From a virus (lineage: Duplodnaviria > Caudoviricetes): 41,388 nt of DNA. This document shows, one piece after another, positions 7,173 to 16,520 of the stretch. The notes under the pieces are model-generated. The model was not told the DNA's origin and did no database searches. It was given only the letters and a program-made list of their open reading frames with translations. The translations under genes and the position numbers were made by a program. The stretch's first letter is position 1; every line of letters begins with the position of its first letter. The stretch lies in the IMG/VR virus record IMGVR_UViG_3300048574_000429, positions 1 through 41,388 of that record; one strand, written 5' to 3'.

Positions 7173-7520
7173 ATGAAAAAGCAAATATTTTACTTCAAGA
7201 ACGAAGATTCAGACGGCCCGGCATCCTCATTGGGTGATTTAATTGCCGAAGCTAAGGAAGATGGGTTGAAAACCATCTTGGTATATGAAGCAATCCCGGA
7301 TAAATTGGAAAAGGAGTTTATTTGGTGCAAGGAAATAAATGAAGCCGAAAAACGTACAATTTGTACTAAAAAAAATTGTGGCGGCTATGAACCACGTAAC
7401 GGCAAAAACGGAGTATGCAAGGATAGGGGGAATCTTTACACATGGGGTACGCCTCATTTGTATGATGTAGAAACCGGCAAAGAATTGCCATTACCTGAAG
7501 ATTATGACACCGGTTCTTGA
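7173..7520 (+). CDS. Hypothetical Cys-rich protein
   Basis: C..C..C..Y.PRNGKNGVC cluster. Confidence 0.65.
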   Translation: MKKQIFYFKNEDSDGPASSLGDLIAEAKEDGLKTILVYEAIPDKLEKEFIWCKEINEAEKRTICTKKNCGGYEPRNGKNGVCKDRGNLYTWGTPHLYDVETGKELPLPEDYDTGS

Positions 7521-7722
7521 AATTCTCACCATCATTACTTCAATTGAACAGATGAAAGCCGGAAAGATAGAACCAGGAGGCGCAATGTCGCTGGAGATAT
7601 ACAATCGAATTGAGATGCGAAACCGGCCATATTTTGCTGAGGCTATACAAAATCTGCTCGATAGTGGCAAAATAAGAAGAGACGAAACGTGTAATAGTTT
7701 TATGTACTATATATCAATATAA
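7504..7722 (+). CDS. Hypothetical protein, possible winged helix
   Basis: AIQNLLDSGKI followed by a beta-hairpin-like segment. Confidence 0.55.
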   Translation: MTPVLEILTIITSIEQMKAGKIEPGGAMSLEIYNRIEMRNRPYFAEAIQNLLDSGKIRRDETCNSFMYYISI

Positions 7723-8387
7723 TGAGTGCAACGAAATACCCATTATCAGAAGAGCAAGTAGAACAAATAAAACAATTATTTCCTTGTAATCTAACTGAAG
7801 ATTTGGCTAAGCAATTTAATTGTAGCTATTCTCGGATTAGTAATCTTGCAAATAGGTTAGGTTGGAAAAAAAACAAAGATTTTATTCGAGAAACAGCTAG
7901 AAAGAATATGTTTAGGGCAGATCATCCCGCAAAAAAATTTTGGATAAAGAAGGGTGATATTCCACCAAATAAAGGCAAGAAGCCTTCTGACTATATGACT
8001 CAAGAAGCCATAGATAGAATGCGGATCACTCAATTCAAAAAAGGACAAATGCCACATAATCACAAAAATGTTGGTTATGAAAGAGTTAATGTTGAGGGTT
8101 ATGTTGAGGTCAAGATTGCAGAACCTAAAACATTCAAATTAAAACACCGTCTTGTTTGGGAACAAAAGTATGGTACTATACCTCATGGTTACAATGTTCA
8201 ATTCAAAGATGGTAACCGTCAAAATTGCCACATAGACAATCTTTACCTAATTAGTCGAGCGGATCAGTTGAAAACAGAGAACTCATTTATGGCTAGATAC
8301 CCGAAGGATGTGCAATTGGCAATTCAAGCAAAAGGAGCATTAAACAGACAAATCAATAAACTACTACTACACAATGAAAACAGTTAA
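7722..8387 (+). CDS. HNH endonuclease-family protein
   Basis: KHRLVWEQ..G.IP...VQFKDGNRQNCHIDNL motif. Confidence 0.85.
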   Translation: MSATKYPLSEEQVEQIKQLFPCNLTEDLAKQFNCSYSRISNLANRLGWKKNKDFIRETARKNMFRADHPAKKFWIKKGDIPPNKGKKPSDYMTQEAIDRMRITQFKKGQMPHNHKNVGYERVNVEGYVEVKIAEPKTFKLKHRLVWEQKYGTIPHGYNVQFKDGNRQNCHIDNLYLISRADQLKTENSFMARYPKDVQLAIQAKGALNRQINKLLLHNENS

Positions 8388-8685
8388 TACCGGAATGACA
8401 ATGGTAGATGTCCGACTTGAGGCTATGGACACTATACGATTGCTGAAAGAAAAACAAATTGACGTTAAAACGGCTGCCGAAATTAGAAACCAGTGCAATG
8501 TTGTGATTGACGTTGCAAAGACACAAGTTGAATACCTGAAGGCGATCCCCAATAGCATTAAAGAACAATTGACCCCTGATGAGGTAAAAGCAATGGCGGG
8601 TACGTTGACAGATCGTGATGCTGAATTAGATATGACTCTCAAAGAGATAGGAATTTCGCAAAGCAGGCCTTATCCGAAAAGATGA
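8374..8685 (+). CDS. Hypothetical phage protein
   Basis: Coupled to the HNH gene. Confidence 0.7.
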   Translation: MKTVNTGMTMVDVRLEAMDTIRLLKEKQIDVKTAAEIRNQCNVVIDVAKTQVEYLKAIPNSIKEQLTPDEVKAMAGTLTDRDAELDMTLKEIGISQSRPYPKR

Positions 8686-8756
8686 GGTAAGAACTATGCA
8701 AATTGTAAATTTTGTAATCATTACAATTTTTACAATCACCTACTAATTACAACAAA

Positions 8757-9656
8757 ATGGCTTACAGATTTACAAGTACAGAGCAATGGCATGATGCCTG
8801 GTTCTCAGAGTTGCGGCCAATTGAAAAATTAACGTTTATTTATTTGCGCGACAACTGCGATATCGCCGGATTTATAGAATATACACCACGAATTTTCGCT
8901 AACGAAATTGGCTGTAAACAAAGCGACATCGAAGGGGCTTTTAAGGGGCTTGCAAGGGGCTTATTGTGGTCAGAAACAAAAGATTGTGTTTATATACGTA
9001 ATTTTTTGAAACATCAAAAAAATTTGCCACTTAACCCCAATAATAAAGCTCATCAGGGAATATTAAAAAGGTTTGAATTATATGCTTCAAAATTTAATAT
9101 ATCGTTAGACATAAACAGTATAGTTGAATTTATTGAAGGAAAAAAAGAAGGGGCTTTTAAGGGGCTTCAAAGCCCCACAGGTATAGGTAATGGTATAGGT
9201 AATGGTATAGGTAATGGTAACCAGATAGGGGAGTCTGAGGGGAAAGATGAGGTACAAGCTTCCTTTGTCATATTTTCTGAGTTTCAAAAAAGTTATCCGG
9301 GAACTAAGCGCGGCGTTAAAACTGAATTTGAAAATTTCCAGAAAAAGCATAAAGACTGGAAAGACGTGTTGCCGCTACTTAAACAAGCTATTGAACTTGA
9401 AAAGGAATGGCACCGTGAAGCAGAAGATGTAAATAAATCAGTAAACAAGGATAATCGGATTTGGGTTCCCCCTTTTGCTAACTTGACAACATGGATTAAT
9501 CAAAGGCGTTGGGAAATAGAGAGACAACCAATAAAAGCAATGACAAATGGAAACACTACCACTACAATCAGGACAAATGCCGATCACGCGAGAAGAGATC
9601 GTGCAGATCTTGCAAATCTCGCCGAGCGAGTTCTATTACAATCTCCCGGCCAATAA
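8757..9656 (+). CDS. Phage replication initiator
   Basis: W.DAWFSEL...KL..IYL N-terminus, GIGN linker, F..F...YP..K and TWINQRRWE C-terminal motifs; internal direct repeats. Confidence 0.8.
   Translation: MAYRFTSTEQWHDAWFSELRPIEKLTFIYLRDNCDIAGFIEYTPRIFANEIGCKQSDIEGAFKGLARGLLWSETKDCVYIRNFLKHQKNLPLNPNNKAHQGILKRFELYASKFNISLDINSIVEFIEGKKEGAFKGLQSPTGIGNGIGNGIGNGNQIGESEGKDEVQASFVIFSEFQKSYPGTKRGVKTEFENFQKKHKDWKDVLPLLKQAIELEKEWHREAEDVNKSVNKDNRIWVPPFANLTTWINQRRWEIERQPIKAMTNGNTTTTIRTNADHARRDRADLANLAERVLLQSPGQ
8931..9177 (+). repeat. Iteron-like AAGGGGCTT repeats, candidate origin
   Basis: Three copies at 11-bp period from 8932; two copies plus inverted AAGCCCC at 9149-9177; AT-rich spacer. Confidence 0.65.
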
Positions 9657-10134
9657 ATTTGAACAGGTTTTTTTGAGCAATACATGCAGCATAGCTTATT
9701 TTAGGGCACATACAAGTGAGGCAAAAGCACGTGCATTAATGGTGCTCATGTTGACAGATGTGATCAATTTCTTTAACACTGGACAAAGCATGTCAGCTAT
9801 TCAAGTAGCACAAACGGCTGATCTGATATTGAATGATGATGATTTTGTTACATTGAAGATCGATGATTATAAGTTATGTTTCAATCTAGTCAAGAAAGGT
9901 AAAATAGGAGGGCAAATCTATAGAATCGATGGTTTGGTTGTGATGAATTGGCTTAATGAGTATGTATCTATCCGGGCTTGTGAAGCTATGAAGCAAAGCA
10001 TACATGAAGCTGAACAATATAAAAATGATCGTACAAATCTTCTTGATAAAATTCCCGGATGTATGTCATTTGAAGAATATAAATATTACAAAAAGTCAGG
10101 AAATATGGTCGTAAATGCTGAAAATGTAAAATAA
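9547..10134 (+). CDS. Putative replication accessory (helicase-loader-like) protein
   Basis: Follows the initiator; LK..D.KLCF...KKG..G..YRIDG..VM.WL.EY motif. Confidence 0.6.
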   Translation: METLPLQSGQMPITREEIVQILQISPSEFYYNLPANKFEQVFLSNTCSIAYFRAHTSEAKARALMVLMLTDVINFFNTGQSMSAIQVAQTADLILNDDDFVTLKIDDYKLCFNLVKKGKIGGQIYRIDGLVVMNWLNEYVSIRACEAMKQSIHEAEQYKNDRTNLLDKIPGCMSFEEYKYYKKSGNMVVNAENVK

Positions 10135-10148
10135 GAAAACATATCAAA

Positions 10149-10442
10149 ATGATAGAAGGATATAAAAATATACTGCAATCTGTTTGCAAAGTGACATTTG
10201 TAGACCCAGAAGAAATTACATCGTCCAATAGCCGACGAGATGTAATTAATGCCCGCATCTTGTTGTGCTATCATACTTATTCTTTAGTGCCTGACTACAA
10301 CATAGTTTCCCGTTCTACCGGGATACCATACAAACAGGTGTGGAGGTATATATCTGCCTTTAGCGATAAATTGCGAAATGATCCCATTTTCAAACTATTA
10401 AACGATAGATATACAGATGATAAAAGTAGCAGTCACGTATGA
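10149..10442 (+). CDS. DnaA C-terminal-like HTH protein
   Basis: ILQSVCKVTFVDPEEITSSNSRRDVINAR resembles the DnaA_C domain. Confidence 0.6.
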   Translation: MIEGYKNILQSVCKVTFVDPEEITSSNSRRDVINARILLCYHTYSLVPDYNIVSRSTGIPYKQVWRYISAFSDKLRNDPIFKLLNDRYTDDKSSSHV

Positions 10443-11061
10443 TGGTCGTAGGACAATAGAACAAATTCAAAAAGAATTTGAACGTCAATTATCTCCACAG
10501 CAGATAAGAAAAGTAACGGCTATTTCACTGAACGATACAGCTAGGCGATCTCTATCAACGGTTCGCAAAGAAATACGGGCCGACTATACCGTATCAAACA
10601 AATATCTTTCTCGCATGGCTCGACTTTCAAGACGTGCATCTCCATCGAGTTTATATGCAGAAATATCATACAGTTATATGCCAGTCCCGTTGGCCGGATT
10701 CAGATTTAAGGATAAAAATAAACGCGGCTTTGTCGGATATGAAACGACGTTAGGGGGTGTTCAGGTAGAAATAAAGGCAGGACAAACAAAGACGTTAAGA
10801 CATGCCTTTGTAAAGAAAATGAAATCCGGTCACGTAGGGGTATGGGCACACGGTCATCGACAAGGCAAACGATATGTATTCTCAAAGCCAGATTACACCA
10901 AATCAAAGAAGCCGAGAATATTTGAAATGAAAACTGCATCACCTTTTACTATGGCGAAAAAGAAAGAAGTTGAAAGACGGCTGATGCTATACATACAAGA
11001 GCAAGCTCCCAAAAGGTTAAGAGGATTGCTTCAAAGTAGAGTCGATAAATTAATTAGATAA
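10417..11061 (+). CDS. Lambda gpZ-like minor tail protein
   Basis: Basic; SLNDTARR..., GVQVEIK..., HAFV..MKSGHVGV motifs. Confidence 0.65.
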   Translation: MIKVAVTYDGRRTIEQIQKEFERQLSPQQIRKVTAISLNDTARRSLSTVRKEIRADYTVSNKYLSRMARLSRRASPSSLYAEISYSYMPVPLAGFRFKDKNKRGFVGYETTLGGVQVEIKAGQTKTLRHAFVKKMKSGHVGVWAHGHRQGKRYVFSKPDYTKSKKPRIFEMKTASPFTMAKKKEVERRLMLYIQEQAPKRLRGLLQSRVDKLIR

Positions 11062-11069
11062 TAGTGAAT

Positions 11070-11303
11070 ATGAAAAAAAGAGCAGTTAAAAAAAGATATA
11101 AGAAATATATAATTATGCTAGCGAATGCGGAGTTACCAAAAGGATTTAATAACATTTCTGCTTTCATGTCTGAAATCCATAATTTGAGAAAACACCTAAA
11201 AATAAATATAACACTCCGATCATATAGAGAATGGAAAGAAGAGACTGGAATGACAGATGATTTAATAAAACAATCGAAGCTTGTAAACGAAAAGGTACTG
11301 TAA
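11070..11303 (+). CDS. Small basic hypothetical protein
   Basis: ORF ending at the cos-like site. Confidence 0.45.
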   Translation: MKKRAVKKRYKKYIIMLANAELPKGFNNISAFMSEIHNLRKHLKINITLRSYREWKEETGMTDDLIKQSKLVNEKVL

Positions 11304-11479
11304 ACCCATATAGCAAGCAGGCAGCCGCACCCCCATTTTCTCGCTAAATACAAACAAAAATTTATGTCCGAATTTTAGGGGTGTTCAAATGTTAAAATTG
11401 AAACAACCTATTAAAAACAAGTAAAATACAAAATTCGGACATGTCCGAATTTATGTCCGAATTTTATAATATGTCCGAA
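11293..11479 (+). other. Putative cos region (cosQ/cosN/cosB-like)
   Basis: AGGTACT, GC-rich core, then TTTTCTCGCTA, similar in layout to lambda cos; ATGTCCGAA repeats and a 22-bp palindrome upstream of terS. Confidence 0.55.
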
Positions 11480-12058
11480 AACGTAATATCCATACTGAAA
11501 TTCTCTGAGATGATTGGCGTAAATGAAAAACTTATACGTCGAGCCATCGAACAGGGTAAAATTTCTAAGGGTGTTGACTATACAGGTAAGAAGCCTAAAA
11601 TTATCGTCTCCATTGCTAAGCAGGAATGTATTGACAACAGTATTGGCATGCTTCGGAAAACTATAAATGTGGATACTGCAACCGATGAAATTATACCTGG
11701 AAGTGGAGAATCTGAATCTCATAGCAAACGTAGCCGCCAAAAACGCAATAGTGATGATCCTAGATTGATAGATTACCAGATTCAAGAAAAGCGATTGAAG
11801 AACGAAGCACTAGAGATTGATCTTAAAGTTAAGACAGGCCGCTTTGTGGATAAGAATATTATAGACAAGGAGCTTGCTGATAAAGGGCTAATGATCCGGG
11901 ATAATTTTATGGCGTTGCCAGATCGCGAAACAGATAATCTACTGGCAATGTCAAGTGATAGAGATGCGTTCTACCAGCACTTTCAAAAGATTATACGCGA
12001 TATGCTAACAAAATTAAGTTCGGAAATATTGAAAGATGAGCCAATAACAATACAATGA
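11441..12058 (+). CDS. Terminase small subunit (start may be 11471)
   Basis: N-terminal HTH, coiled coil ending GRFVDK, IRDNFMALPDR motif of Nu1-like proteins. Confidence 0.8.
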   Translation: MSEFMSEFYNMSENVISILKFSEMIGVNEKLIRRAIEQGKISKGVDYTGKKPKIIVSIAKQECIDNSIGMLRKTINVDTATDEIIPGSGESESHSKRSRQKRNSDDPRLIDYQIQEKRLKNEALEIDLKVKTGRFVDKNIIDKELADKGLMIRDNFMALPDRETDNLLAMSSDRDAFYQHFQKIIRDMLTKLSSEILKDEPITIQ

Positions 12059-12846
12059 CCCTTCAAGAAAAAATAAATCATTCAATTGAGCTGATTCAGA
12101 AAACTGAAAATCTTGCACTGAAGTATTCCGAAGAGGGATTTCATCTAGCATTCTCAGGTGGTAAGGACTCGCAGGTAATCTATGAACTGGCTAAGATGGC
12201 AGGTGTAAAATTTAAGGCTTATTTCTATAAGACAAGTGTTGACCCGAAGGAGTTGCTTTTATTTATTCGTGAAAATTATACAGATGTGGTTTGGTTACGC
12301 CCTAAGATGACAATGTTTCAGTTGATTATCAAGAAAAAAAGCTTACCAACAAGACGATCTCGTTTCTGCTGCGAACATATCAAAGAAAAGAGAGGTTTGA
12401 ATTCTGTGGTAATTATTGGAATTAGAAAATCAGAAAGCCTGAATCGATCAAAACGAATTGAATTTACTTCTGATTGCAAGAAAGGCTGTGATAAAAATTT
12501 ACTTTCTCCAATATTGGATTGGTCAGACTCAGACGTATGGCAGTTCTTATCTATTCGAGGCATACAGGTTTGTTCTTTGTATAAAACTCAAACGCGAATA
12601 GGTTGTATTGGCTGCCCCATGGCATATCATCATAGAGGTGAATTAGAAAGATTTCCTCAGATCAAAAAAGCTTACATAAACACAGCACAAAAAATTATAG
12701 ATAAATATCCAGACTGTGCATTTTCAAAACATTTTGAATCTGGAGAGGATGCGGTGAACTGGTGGACAAGTGGACTATCAACAAAAGAATATTGCTTTAT
12801 GAGAGATCATCAAACAAAATTAGAGTTTACATGTGGGGGGAATTAA
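12055..12846 (+). CDS. PAPS reductase-family protein
   Basis: AFSGGKDS PP-loop, RFCC, GIRKSES..R, PILDWS and RIGCIGCP motifs. Confidence 0.9.
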   Translation: MTLQEKINHSIELIQKTENLALKYSEEGFHLAFSGGKDSQVIYELAKMAGVKFKAYFYKTSVDPKELLLFIRENYTDVVWLRPKMTMFQLIIKKKSLPTRRSRFCCEHIKEKRGLNSVVIIGIRKSESLNRSKRIEFTSDCKKGCDKNLLSPILDWSDSDVWQFLSIRGIQVCSLYKTQTRIGCIGCPMAYHHRGELERFPQIKKAYINTAQKIIDKYPDCAFSKHFESGEDAVNWWTSGLSTKEYCFMRDHQTKLEFTCGGN

Positions 12847-14693
12847 CTAAAATATTTGATGACGCATTATTGCCGGAACCGTTACTAACGGTAAGTGAAT
12901 GGGCTGATGCAAATAGATACCTAGCACGTGAGGCTGCTAGTGAGCACGGGCCATGGAGAACAAGCCGCACACCATATTTGAAAAAAGTAATGGATTCTCT
13001 TAGTTCTTTTTCAAGCTATCAGAAAGTAATTGGAATGAAGGGAACACAGCTTGGATGGACAGAAGCCGGTTGTAACTGGATAGGATATATCATTGATTGT
13101 TGCCCTGCTGCTACGCTTATGGTAATGCCTACAGATGGAACGATGAAGCGAAACAGCAAGATCCGTATTGCGCCAATGATTGAAGCTTGCCCGTCATTAA
13201 AGGCAAAGGTTGCCCAACAGAAGCATGGCAATAGTGAAAATACAGTAGAGCAAAAGAGTTTCCCAGGTGGATTGTTGTTGATGGCCGGTGCAAATAGTCC
13301 GGTCGGACTGCGATCTATTCCTGTGCGAAATCTGATGTTGGACGAAGTTGACGGTTATCCTCTTGATTTGGGGGGTGAAGGTTCGCCTATTGATTTGGCA
13401 ATAGAGCGTACAAACACTTATTCATCAAAGAAAAAGATATTCATTATCTCAACACCAACGCGCAAAGGTACATCGGTTATAGAGAAAGAGTTTAATGCTA
13501 GCGATCAGAACTACTACGAAGTTCCATGCCCACACTGTGGCGGCTATCAACGATTAGTGTTTGAGAACTTAAAATGGGAACAGGGTAATCCCAGATCGGC
13601 AAAATATCAATGTGCTCATTGTGGAGAAATGATAGAGGAACGCCATAAATCAGAGATGTTGTCTTCTGGTACGTGGGTTTCTTATGCCCCAGAAAATATC
13701 AGTAGTGAAACAATAGGATTTCATATAAACTCACTCTATTCTCCTCTTGGGTGGCTGTCATGGGCGGCGATAGCAAAGAAATACGAACAAGCACAAGAGG
13801 ATCCGTTCAAAATGGTGACGTTTGTTAATACTACATTGGCCGAAGCTTATGAAGATAGCGGGGAGGCTCCGAGATGGGAAGAACTAATGAACAAAAGCAG
13901 ACTGGAAAATAACAAGGCAAATGAAGTCCCATACAATGTGTGTTTTTTGACTGCTGGGGTCGATGTGCAGAAAGATCGTATCGAACTAGAGGTTGTTGGT
14001 TGGTGCGCTGATAAGCAAAGCTATTCAATTGACTATCGTGTGTTGCTTGGAAATACTACTTTGCCCGATGTATGGCAAGAGCTAGAAAATGTGGTAAATG
14101 AGACGTGGGTTCGTGCAGATGGGGTAGAGATGACGCTTAAACGTACGGCAGTGGATACAGGTTATAATTCAACTGAAGTACATGCTTTTTGCCGTCGCTT
14201 CTCGAGCAGTCGTGTAATTCCTATTAGGGGGCAGCATAGTTTAGGATTACCAGTTGCACCACCACGTCAAGTAGACTATAATCGGAACGGGAAAAAAATA
14301 GGGAGATTGAAGCAGTGGAATGTTGGTGTTTCTCTTTTGAAAGGCGAGTTGTATTCTTGGCTTTTGCTTGAACCAAAGCCAGAAGGTGGTTATCCTCCTT
14401 GTTATTGCCATTTTTTGCAATACGATCAAAAATATTTCGAGGGGCTTACCGGAGAACAATACATACCCAAAACACATAAATGGAAAAAGGTATATGAGCG
14501 AAATGAGCCTCTTGATTGTCGCATATATGCTCGTGCAGCGGCTAATATAATCGGCCTTGATAGGATGAAACCGGAGCAATTGTTACGAATGGGAAATGTA
14601 TGTGTAGATTTCCAACCAAACGTACAACAAGAGTCAAAACCAACTAAACACATTGAAAGGCGTAAAAGAAATATAGAAAGCATTTGGGATTAA
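12831..14693 (+). CDS. Terminase large subunit, lambda gpA family
   Basis: TVSEWAD, RTPYL, KGTQLGWTE, LDEVDGYP, ISTPT, CPHCG, GVDVQ and NEPLDCRIYA motifs. Confidence 0.95.
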   Translation: MWGELTKIFDDALLPEPLLTVSEWADANRYLAREAASEHGPWRTSRTPYLKKVMDSLSSFSSYQKVIGMKGTQLGWTEAGCNWIGYIIDCCPAATLMVMPTDGTMKRNSKIRIAPMIEACPSLKAKVAQQKHGNSENTVEQKSFPGGLLLMAGANSPVGLRSIPVRNLMLDEVDGYPLDLGGEGSPIDLAIERTNTYSSKKKIFIISTPTRKGTSVIEKEFNASDQNYYEVPCPHCGGYQRLVFENLKWEQGNPRSAKYQCAHCGEMIEERHKSEMLSSGTWVSYAPENISSETIGFHINSLYSPLGWLSWAAIAKKYEQAQEDPFKMVTFVNTTLAEAYEDSGEAPRWEELMNKSRLENNKANEVPYNVCFLTAGVDVQKDRIELEVVGWCADKQSYSIDYRVLLGNTTLPDVWQELENVVNETWVRADGVEMTLKRTAVDTGYNSTEVHAFCRRFSSSRVIPIRGQHSLGLPVAPPRQVDYNRNGKKIGRLKQWNVGVSLLKGELYSWLLLEPKPEGGYPPCYCHFLQYDQKYFEGLTGEQYIPKTHKWKKVYERNEPLDCRIYARAAANIIGLDRMKPEQLLRMGNVCVDFQPNVQQESKPTKHIERRKRNIESIWD

Positions 14694-14727
14694 TTATTTA
14701 ATTCAAAAATATAACAATCAGTTAATT

Positions 14728-15132
14728 ATGAAAGCATCAAACTCATTCAAACAAACAATCGAAGCACATCTTCAGGGAATAGGTTCGCAAGATCCCGCAT
14801 TTGCTGAAAAGTTGGCAAATCCATCAAAAAACATTGACGACTGTATCACCTACATTCTAAACTGGGTAAAGGCAAGCGGAGCCTATGGTTTTACCGATGA
14901 AGAAATATTTGGGCAGGCTATTCACTATTATGATGAAGAAAAGATCGATATCGGAAAGCCTGTAAAATGTAGTGTTGTTGTGAATCAACATGTAGAACTT
15001 GCAGAGGAAGATATTCAGGCTGCCAAACAAGCGGCTATAAATGAAGTGATTGCCAAAGAAAAAGCGAGGATTACCTCTAAGAGAGCCCACAAGAAAGAGG
15101 AATCTAATGTTGAACAAGCAAGTTTGTTTTGA
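14728..15132 (+). CDS. PcfK-like / AcrIIA9-family protein
   Basis: FKQTI..., KNIDDCITYILNWVKASG..GFTDEEIF..AIHYYDE, VVVN.HVEL, C-terminal SLF. Confidence 0.85.
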   Translation: MKASNSFKQTIEAHLQGIGSQDPAFAEKLANPSKNIDDCITYILNWVKASGAYGFTDEEIFGQAIHYYDEEKIDIGKPVKCSVVVNQHVELAEEDIQAAKQAAINEVIAKEKARITSKRAHKKEESNVEQASLF

Positions 15133-15134
15133 CC

Positions 15135-16433
15135 ATGAAACCAAGAACTAAACTACAGGTTGAAGTAATGGCAAAAAGCCAGGAACTGCATTACGAGGAA
15201 AATTTTATTTTGGAATGGGCAAAAGTAGATTGCCTCCAGCATAAAGGATATGCAACAAAGAGTCGTGTAGTCTGCATGGACTGTGGCGGTCGGTTTTCCT
15301 CTGAACTGGTTAAGCGCAAATATGCTGTTTGTCCCCATTGTGGTCAGAAATTAAGCATTGAGCATTCAAGAAAAACAACTTTTGAACAAGATATTTATGT
15401 CGGATATGCTCAGGTAATAGGAGAATATCAGGTAGTCAGATATTTTGAAATACAATCATATCACAAAGCAGACAAACCAACAAAGTATTTTTCTTGGGAA
15501 ATACTACAACATTGGATAAGAGAAGATGGCAAGCATGAAACAGTTGCAAGAAATCATACTGCTAATTGGTATTGCGATAGCTGGAATGGGGATATGTCTA
15601 TTCGTAAGGATTATCACAGTTATTACGAGAATGCAAAAAAATATGATATTTACACCGAGGCTTTTCATCCACAATCAGTATTTAGAGATCAATACAAAAA
15701 ACATGGCATCAATCGCCATTTGGCTGGGCTAACGTTTATGGAGGCAATCAAAACAATACCAGATAACCCCAGATTTGAGACCCTATTAAAATCAAAACAA
15801 TACAATCTTTTGAGTGTTTTCTATGATAGGAAGTATGTGCGAGATGGATACTGGCCTGCAATTAAAATTTGCATCAGAAATAAATATATCGTGAAAGATG
15901 CAAAAATGTGGATTGATTACATTGATTTGCTTTCATATTTTAATAAAGACCTGCACAATTCTCATTATGTATGCCCAAAGGATATAAAGCAAGAACATGA
16001 CCGGTATATGATTAAGAAGCGAGAGGTTGAGAACCGGAGAGCAGAGAATGCCAAGAGGGAAAGAGCAAAGGAAGCAAATAAACAGTATATCGAAACAAAA
16101 GGAGCTTTTTTCGGTATTTGTTTTGGTGATGGTAAGATAAAAATCAAAGTACTTGAAAGTGTTCAAGAATTTATGAAAGAAGGTGACACGCTACATCATT
16201 GCGTTTTTACTAACAATTATTATAGTCATCAGGACGCATTGATATTGTCTGCCAGAATAAACAATCAACCGATCGAGACTATCGAAGTATCTCTTTCAAA
16301 AATGAAAATTGAACAATCGCGTGGATTGCAGAATGCTCCATCTCAATATCACGAAAAGATAATCGCTCTCGTAAATAGGAACTTGCATAAAATAAAGGAG
16401 GTACTTAACCAAAGTCAAAGCATTGCAGTGTGA
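15135..16433 (+). CDS. PcfJ-like protein
   Basis: MKPRTKLQ start, two CxxC pairs, WIDYIDLL and EGDTLHHCVF motifs. Confidence 0.9.
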   Translation: MKPRTKLQVEVMAKSQELHYEENFILEWAKVDCLQHKGYATKSRVVCMDCGGRFSSELVKRKYAVCPHCGQKLSIEHSRKTTFEQDIYVGYAQVIGEYQVVRYFEIQSYHKADKPTKYFSWEILQHWIREDGKHETVARNHTANWYCDSWNGDMSIRKDYHSYYENAKKYDIYTEAFHPQSVFRDQYKKHGINRHLAGLTFMEAIKTIPDNPRFETLLKSKQYNLLSVFYDRKYVRDGYWPAIKICIRNKYIVKDAKMWIDYIDLLSYFNKDLHNSHYVCPKDIKQEHDRYMIKKREVENRRAENAKRERAKEANKQYIETKGAFFGICFGDGKIKIKVLESVQEFMKEGDTLHHCVFTNNYYSHQDALILSARINNQPIETIEVSLSKMKIEQSRGLQNAPSQYHEKIIALVNRNLHKIKEVLNQSQSIAV

Positions 16434-16451
16434 ATGTAGACTGATGGATAT

Positions 16452-16520
16452 AAAAAAAGGCGGGATTCGAACCCGCCATCTCCGCTATTAAAGCGGTATT
16501 CTTCCATTGAACTATTAGCA
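16452..16520 (-). ncRNA. Degenerate tRNA-like element whose T-arm doubles as an intrinsic terminator
   Basis: Minus strand: TAGTTCAATGGAAGAAT-A-CCGCT-TTAAT-AGCGG-AGAT-GGCGGG-TTCGAAT-CCCGCC-T7; no acceptor stem. Confidence 0.65.

Noticed and set aside
9180-9220. GGTATAGGTAAT x3 as a separate element
   Set aside because: Encodes the low-complexity GIGN linker typical of phage initiators
12762-12830. Longer terL start or PAPS-terL frameshift fusion at the G-run
   Set aside because: ATG 12831 gives a normal gpA N-terminus and both ORFs are complete
3312-16520. Functional or suppressor tRNAs implying stop-codon recoding
   Set aside because: Anticodon loops are non-canonical and all core genes are intact under the standard code
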